The translations under genes and the position numbers were made by a program. DNA of 63,246 nucleotides, the filler included, from a bacterium (lineage in GTDB: Bacteria > JAJRZV01): NCBI GenBank assembly GCA_024275095.1. It is 5 parts of 5 records of this genome, joined end to end, with 100 filler letters (N's around TTAATTAATTAA, not from the genome) between each part and the next. Parts side by side here need not be neighbours in the genome. Positions count along the whole stretch, not along the records: positions 59,069 to 63,246 come from JAJRZV010000121.1; 4 more parts are not named here. One strand, written 5' to 3'. The notes under the pieces were generated by a model, which worked only from the letters and a program-made list of their open reading frames with translations, was not told the DNA's origin and did not search any database. Shown in pieces: positions 59,662 through 63,246 of the stretch (the stretch's first letter is position 1; every line of letters begins with the position of its first letter).

Positions 59662-60609
59662 ATGAGAAGAGTTCAATATACCATTAGATATTTTCTCACA
59701 AAAGCACAGCGGCGTACTGTGCTCATTAATCTTGAGGTTACGAAGCGATGTAATGCACGGTGCGACTTCTGCAATTATTACCTCACACCCTCGGACGAGC
59801 CACGCCTTAACAGTTATGCAGAAATTATCCGCCGATTTAAACCATTCACCGTGGCCATTACGGGCGGCGAGCCTCTCATTCGCCAGGATCTGGAAGGTAT
59901 TATCCGCGAAATAAAAAAGGTCAACTGGGGATGTTATGTGGGCATGATTACAAATGCCTCCCTTTTAACCATAGAAAGGGCGCTGTCATTGAGAACCGCC
60001 GGACTGGATCAGATATCTATCTCGCTGGATTTTCCTGACGAAAGGCATGATAAATCCCGTGGAATACCCGGGCTGTTTCGTAAAATCATGAACATCGTTC
60101 CTGAGCTCCGGGCCATGGGGTTCTACCGCATATCCTTTAACACAGTCATCATGAAGGACAACATGGACGATCTGGTGAAAATTGCCGAGCTGGCCAAAAA
60201 ACTGGGTATATATGCCTCCTTTTCCACTTACAGCAGTTTAAAAACAGGAAATATGCAACACGTAATCAACGCTAACGGAGATCTGGTTAAATTAAAAAAG
60301 GTTCTTTTAGCGCTTCAGGAATACAAACGCAAATATAAAGTGGTGATGAATTCCTCATTCTATCTCTCCCGGATACCTCACTATTTCAGCAACGGTGGAA
60401 TACCGAAGTGCCAGGCCGGCATACGGTGGTTTCAGGTAACCCCCGAGGGCAAAATAAAAAGATGTTCAGAAGGAGGAGAAGAGTACCTGCTGAACGAATT
60501 TCCGGGACGCTTCCCCGAAACCGATTGCACCGAGTGCTGGTACAGCTGCCGTGGAGAAAACGAGGCACCTGTTGACCTTCAACGCATAAAAGAACTTGCG
60601 TTCGGCTGA
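59662..60609 (+). CDS. Radical SAM protein with C-terminal Cys-rich (SPASM/twitch-like) region
   Basis: CNARCDFC, TGGEP, CQAG, CTECWYSCRGE. Confidence 0.88.
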   Translation: MRRVQYTIRYFLTKAQRRTVLINLEVTKRCNARCDFCNYYLTPSDEPRLNSYAEIIRRFKPFTVAITGGEPLIRQDLEGIIREIKKVNWGCYVGMITNASLLTIERALSLRTAGLDQISISLDFPDERHDKSRGIPGLFRKIMNIVPELRAMGFYRISFNTVIMKDNMDDLVKIAELAKKLGIYASFSTYSSLKTGNMQHVINANGDLVKLKKVLLALQEYKRKYKVVMNSSFYLSRIPHYFSNGGIPKCQAGIRWFQVTPEGKIKRCSEGGEEYLLNEFPGRFPETDCTECWYSCRGENEAPVDLQRIKELAFG

Positions 60610-60666
60610 AAATATTTTTAGCTCCCAACTGGCTTATTGAAACCCCTTCTGATATAAAAATGCTCC

Positions 60667-62025
60667 ATGTCAAATTCTGAAATGAAAAAGGCCGTAATAC
60701 TCGCTGCCGGGAAAGGCACCCGCATCGGAGCATTCGACAAAGGAGAACCCAAATGCCTTACCCGGTTTCTAGGGCTTCCAATCATAGAACGCACGATAAA
60801 AAACCTCGAACAAGCAGGTATCCAGGAAATCATCATTGTCACCGGATTTGCACAGGATATACTTTTAAGACACCTCTCAAAAATAGAAACGAAATGTCGT
60901 TTGCAAACTGTACATAATTCTGAATGGGAAAAATCCAACGGAGTGTCTCTTCTCGCCGCAGAACACATTGTGGCTGACGAGAGGTTTATTCTGATTATGT
61001 CGGACCATCTGTTTGAACCTGAAATACTTAACAAACTACTAAAACAACCCATTACAGAGGATTCTTATCTGTGCATTGACTCTCGCGTTGAAGAAATATT
61101 CGACATCGAAGATGCCACCAAAGTGAAAGTGGTGAATTCACAGATTGTAAAAATCGGAAAGGAAATCCAGGATTTCAACGCTGTTGATACGGGCGTGTTT
61201 CTTCTGCACCCTCTATTCGTAAAAACACTCCGGGAGATATACCAGCAAAAAGGAGACTGTTCAATTACTGAGGGCGTGAGAGCCATGATAAACAAAGGGT
61301 TCATGAAAGCGGTGGATGTGACAGGACTGTTCTGGATGGATATTGATACCAAGAAAGACCTCGCTGAAGCCCGCAGGCGTTTCATAAAAAAATTTTTGTA
61401 CAAGCCCACGGATGGGATCATCTCCCGACGACTCAATCGTCCTGTATCCACTTTCATCTCCACCAGGCTCGCACGGTTCAAAATAAATCCCAATCTCATG
61501 ACCCTGTTCTCAGCCGTTGTAGGAATACTCTCCGCATGGTTCGTTTCACGGGGGAACTATTTAAGCGTTGCTGCAGGTGGATTGCTTTACCAGGCTGCAT
61601 CTGTAATTGACGGCATTGATGGAGAACTTGCAAAGATGCTCTACAAAAACTCGCGCACCGGGGAATGGCTCGACACCTTCGCAGACAATTTGACATATGT
61701 GGCTTTTACTTTCGGGTTGATGTGGGCCGCGTGGCGTATTCATGGTGAAGCGGGATTGGTAACCGGAGCTTTTGCTACGGTTGGCGTTATCCTGTTCCTG
61801 GTCTTTTCTTATGCAAAACTCATACGTGAAAAAAGCGGCGGGTCACTGCTTGCCATTCATGCAAATCCCCGAGGGTTCTGGCAGTCGCTTTTGCGAAGAG
61901 ACTTCTTTGCTTTCCTTTTTATGTGGCTGTCACTGTTACATCAGGTCTTTCTCATGACCGCCCTTACAGCAGCAGGTGCCTGGGCTGGCGTGATATGGCA
62001 TATAAGGGAACTCACCAAAAAATGA
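60667..62025 (+). CDS. Bifunctional NTP transferase / CDP-alcohol phosphotransferase (IPCT-DIPPS-like)
   Basis: AVILAAGKGTR, PKCL, MSDH, DATKV, WMDIDT; DGIDGELAK-x8-GEWLDTFAD. Confidence 0.88.
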   Translation: MSNSEMKKAVILAAGKGTRIGAFDKGEPKCLTRFLGLPIIERTIKNLEQAGIQEIIIVTGFAQDILLRHLSKIETKCRLQTVHNSEWEKSNGVSLLAAEHIVADERFILIMSDHLFEPEILNKLLKQPITEDSYLCIDSRVEEIFDIEDATKVKVVNSQIVKIGKEIQDFNAVDTGVFLLHPLFVKTLREIYQQKGDCSITEGVRAMINKGFMKAVDVTGLFWMDIDTKKDLAEARRRFIKKFLYKPTDGIISRRLNRPVSTFISTRLARFKINPNLMTLFSAVVGILSAWFVSRGNYLSVAAGGLLYQAASVIDGIDGELAKMLYKNSRTGEWLDTFADNLTYVAFTFGLMWAAWRIHGEAGLVTGAFATVGVILFLVFSYAKLIREKSGGSLLAIHANPRGFWQSLLRRDFFAFLFMWLSLLHQVFLMTALTAAGAWAGVIWHIRELTKK

Positions 62026-63246
62026 GCCTCAAGCGCTTAATCACAAAGACTGTAAACATTCTCATCAGACACAAACTTATTGTTACATTTATCGGTATCC
62101 TCGCTGCTGTTGCCGGAGCCTACTTTACAGCCCACATACCACTGGAAACAGACATGGTTAAACTTCTGCCTGATTCAATCAAATCCGTACGCATTCTCAA
62201 AAACATAAAATCCCGTTATGGTGGGCTGGGAAACGTGGTATTTGTAATAGAAAGCCCTGACTTCAACGCATCAATAAGATACGCAGAAAAACTCAAGCAG
62301 CGCCTGCTCTCATCAGGGAAGGTGATTTACGCCGCATACGCACCCGAAAGAGAATTTTACGAAAAATACGGTTTGTTGCTGCTCGACGTTCAGAAATTAG
62401 AACAGCTCTACCACGACATTAAAGAAAAAACCCATGAGATAAAAATACGCTCATCACCTTTTTATTTTGACCTGGAAGAGGATGAAGAGAACAAACAATT
62501 TCATCTCGATGAATACATGGAAAAATATGTACCTAAATCTCTCCGGGACAACTTGAGCAAGCAGTATTTCACCGATACAAAAAAAAGAGTCTTGCTGCTC
62601 TTTGTCCAACCATCAGCGACGTTGACTGACATGAAAACCGTCAATTCTTACCTCCACACAATGGAGAAAATCGCTGCAGATATCCAGCCTCACAAATTTC
62701 ATCCTCTTCTCAAGGTTTCAATTGGTGGTACCTTTCGAAACCGCGCCGACGAATACAACACTATCATGGGAGACATCCGCACCTCTGCAAGCATCACGCT
62801 TGTAGTTATTTTTCTTATACTTTCTTCATTTTTTAACCAGATAACAGCAATACCTGTGATACTTCTGCCTCTGGTGGAATCCATACTGGTTACCAGTGGA
62901 CTTGCATATTTTATTATTGGACGATTGAACTTTATCTCTGCATTTCTCTTCGCCATACTGCTGGGGCTGGGGGTGGATTTCGGGATCCACATCTTCTCAA
63001 GGTACTTAGAGGAAAGGCACAGGGGCATACAGGAAGGACTCGTCGAAGCGCTCTACAGAACTTTACCCTCGTGTCTCGCTGCTGCATTTACAACCGCAGC
63101 GGCCATGTATGTTCTGGTGCTTTTCCGGTTCAAAGGTTTTTCAGAATTCGGCATCATTGCGGGCACAGGAGTACTTATCAGTTATTTCTGGTACATATTC
63201 TTCTTGCCACCTCTTATTGCCGTTCTGGAAAAGTTAGGGTTCGTAA
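62022..63246 (+). CDS. MMPL/RND transporter, N-terminal part (open at window end)
   Basis: ATGA overlap with the upstream gene; in frame with the duplicated segment that starts the 51785 contig. Confidence 0.88.
   Translation, partial: MSLKRLITKTVNILIRHKLIVTFIGILAAVAGAYFTAHIPLETDMVKLLPDSIKSVRILKNIKSRYGGLGNVVFVIESPDFNASIRYAEKLKQRLLSSGKVIYAAYAPEREFYEKYGLLLLDVQKLEQLYHDIKEKTHEIKIRSSPFYFDLEEDEENKQFHLDEYMEKYVPKSLRDNLSKQYFTDTKKRVLLLFVQPSATLTDMKTVNSYLHTMEKIAADIQPHKFHPLLKVSIGGTFRNRADEYNTIMGDIRTSASITLVVIFLILSSFFNQITAIPVILLPLVESILVTSGLAYFIIGRLNFISAFLFAILLGLGVDFGIHIFSRYLEERHRGIQEGLVEALYRTLPSCLAAAFTTAAAMYVLVLFRFKGFSEFGIIAGTGVLISYFWYIFFLPPLIAVLEKLGFV

Noticed and set aside
1-63246. CRISPR array, rRNA, prophage or integrase genes
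   Set aside because: I saw no regularly spaced direct repeats, rRNA-like sequence or phage hallmark proteins.

Overview
The window is five assembly contigs (1-21251, 21352-32994, 33095-51684, 51785-58968, 59069-63246) joined by artificial 100-bp N/TTAATTAATTAA linkers. It is bacterial chromosomal DNA. Gene content and order (parA-parB-bactofilin, DUF2330, lipoprotein hydrolase, MMPL/YCF48/DUF1302 cluster, tungsten-type AOR, IPCT-DIPPS) suggest a deltaproteobacterial, possibly Myxococcota-like and thermophilic, organism; this is inference. Housekeeping content includes tRNA-Thr/Tyr/Ser, tmk-holB-PSP1-metG-tatD, mnmG-rsmG-parAB with two perfect parS sites, sdhCDAB, engB and an hldE kinase domain. 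Main observations: (1) in-frame amber (TAG) codons at conserved Glu positions in two otherwise intact genes (AOR and an M16 peptidase), plus a third in-frame TAG joining a DUF6788 gene to a transposase-like frame; (2) a shared non-coding element about 50-55 nt downstream of two different tRNA genes, carrying an inverted T-arm; (3) a nickel-uptake operon with a NikR-type box, led by an uncharacterised His-tipped outer-membrane protein; (4) a radical SAM / IPCT-DIPPS / MMPL / glycosyltransferase operon that only becomes contiguous once the last contig is joined to the fourth through a 337-bp overlap with two synonymous SNPs. Homopolymer frameshifts show the assembly probably contains errors, so the recoding claims need read-level confirmation. 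Family assignments are from motif recognition, not database searches.
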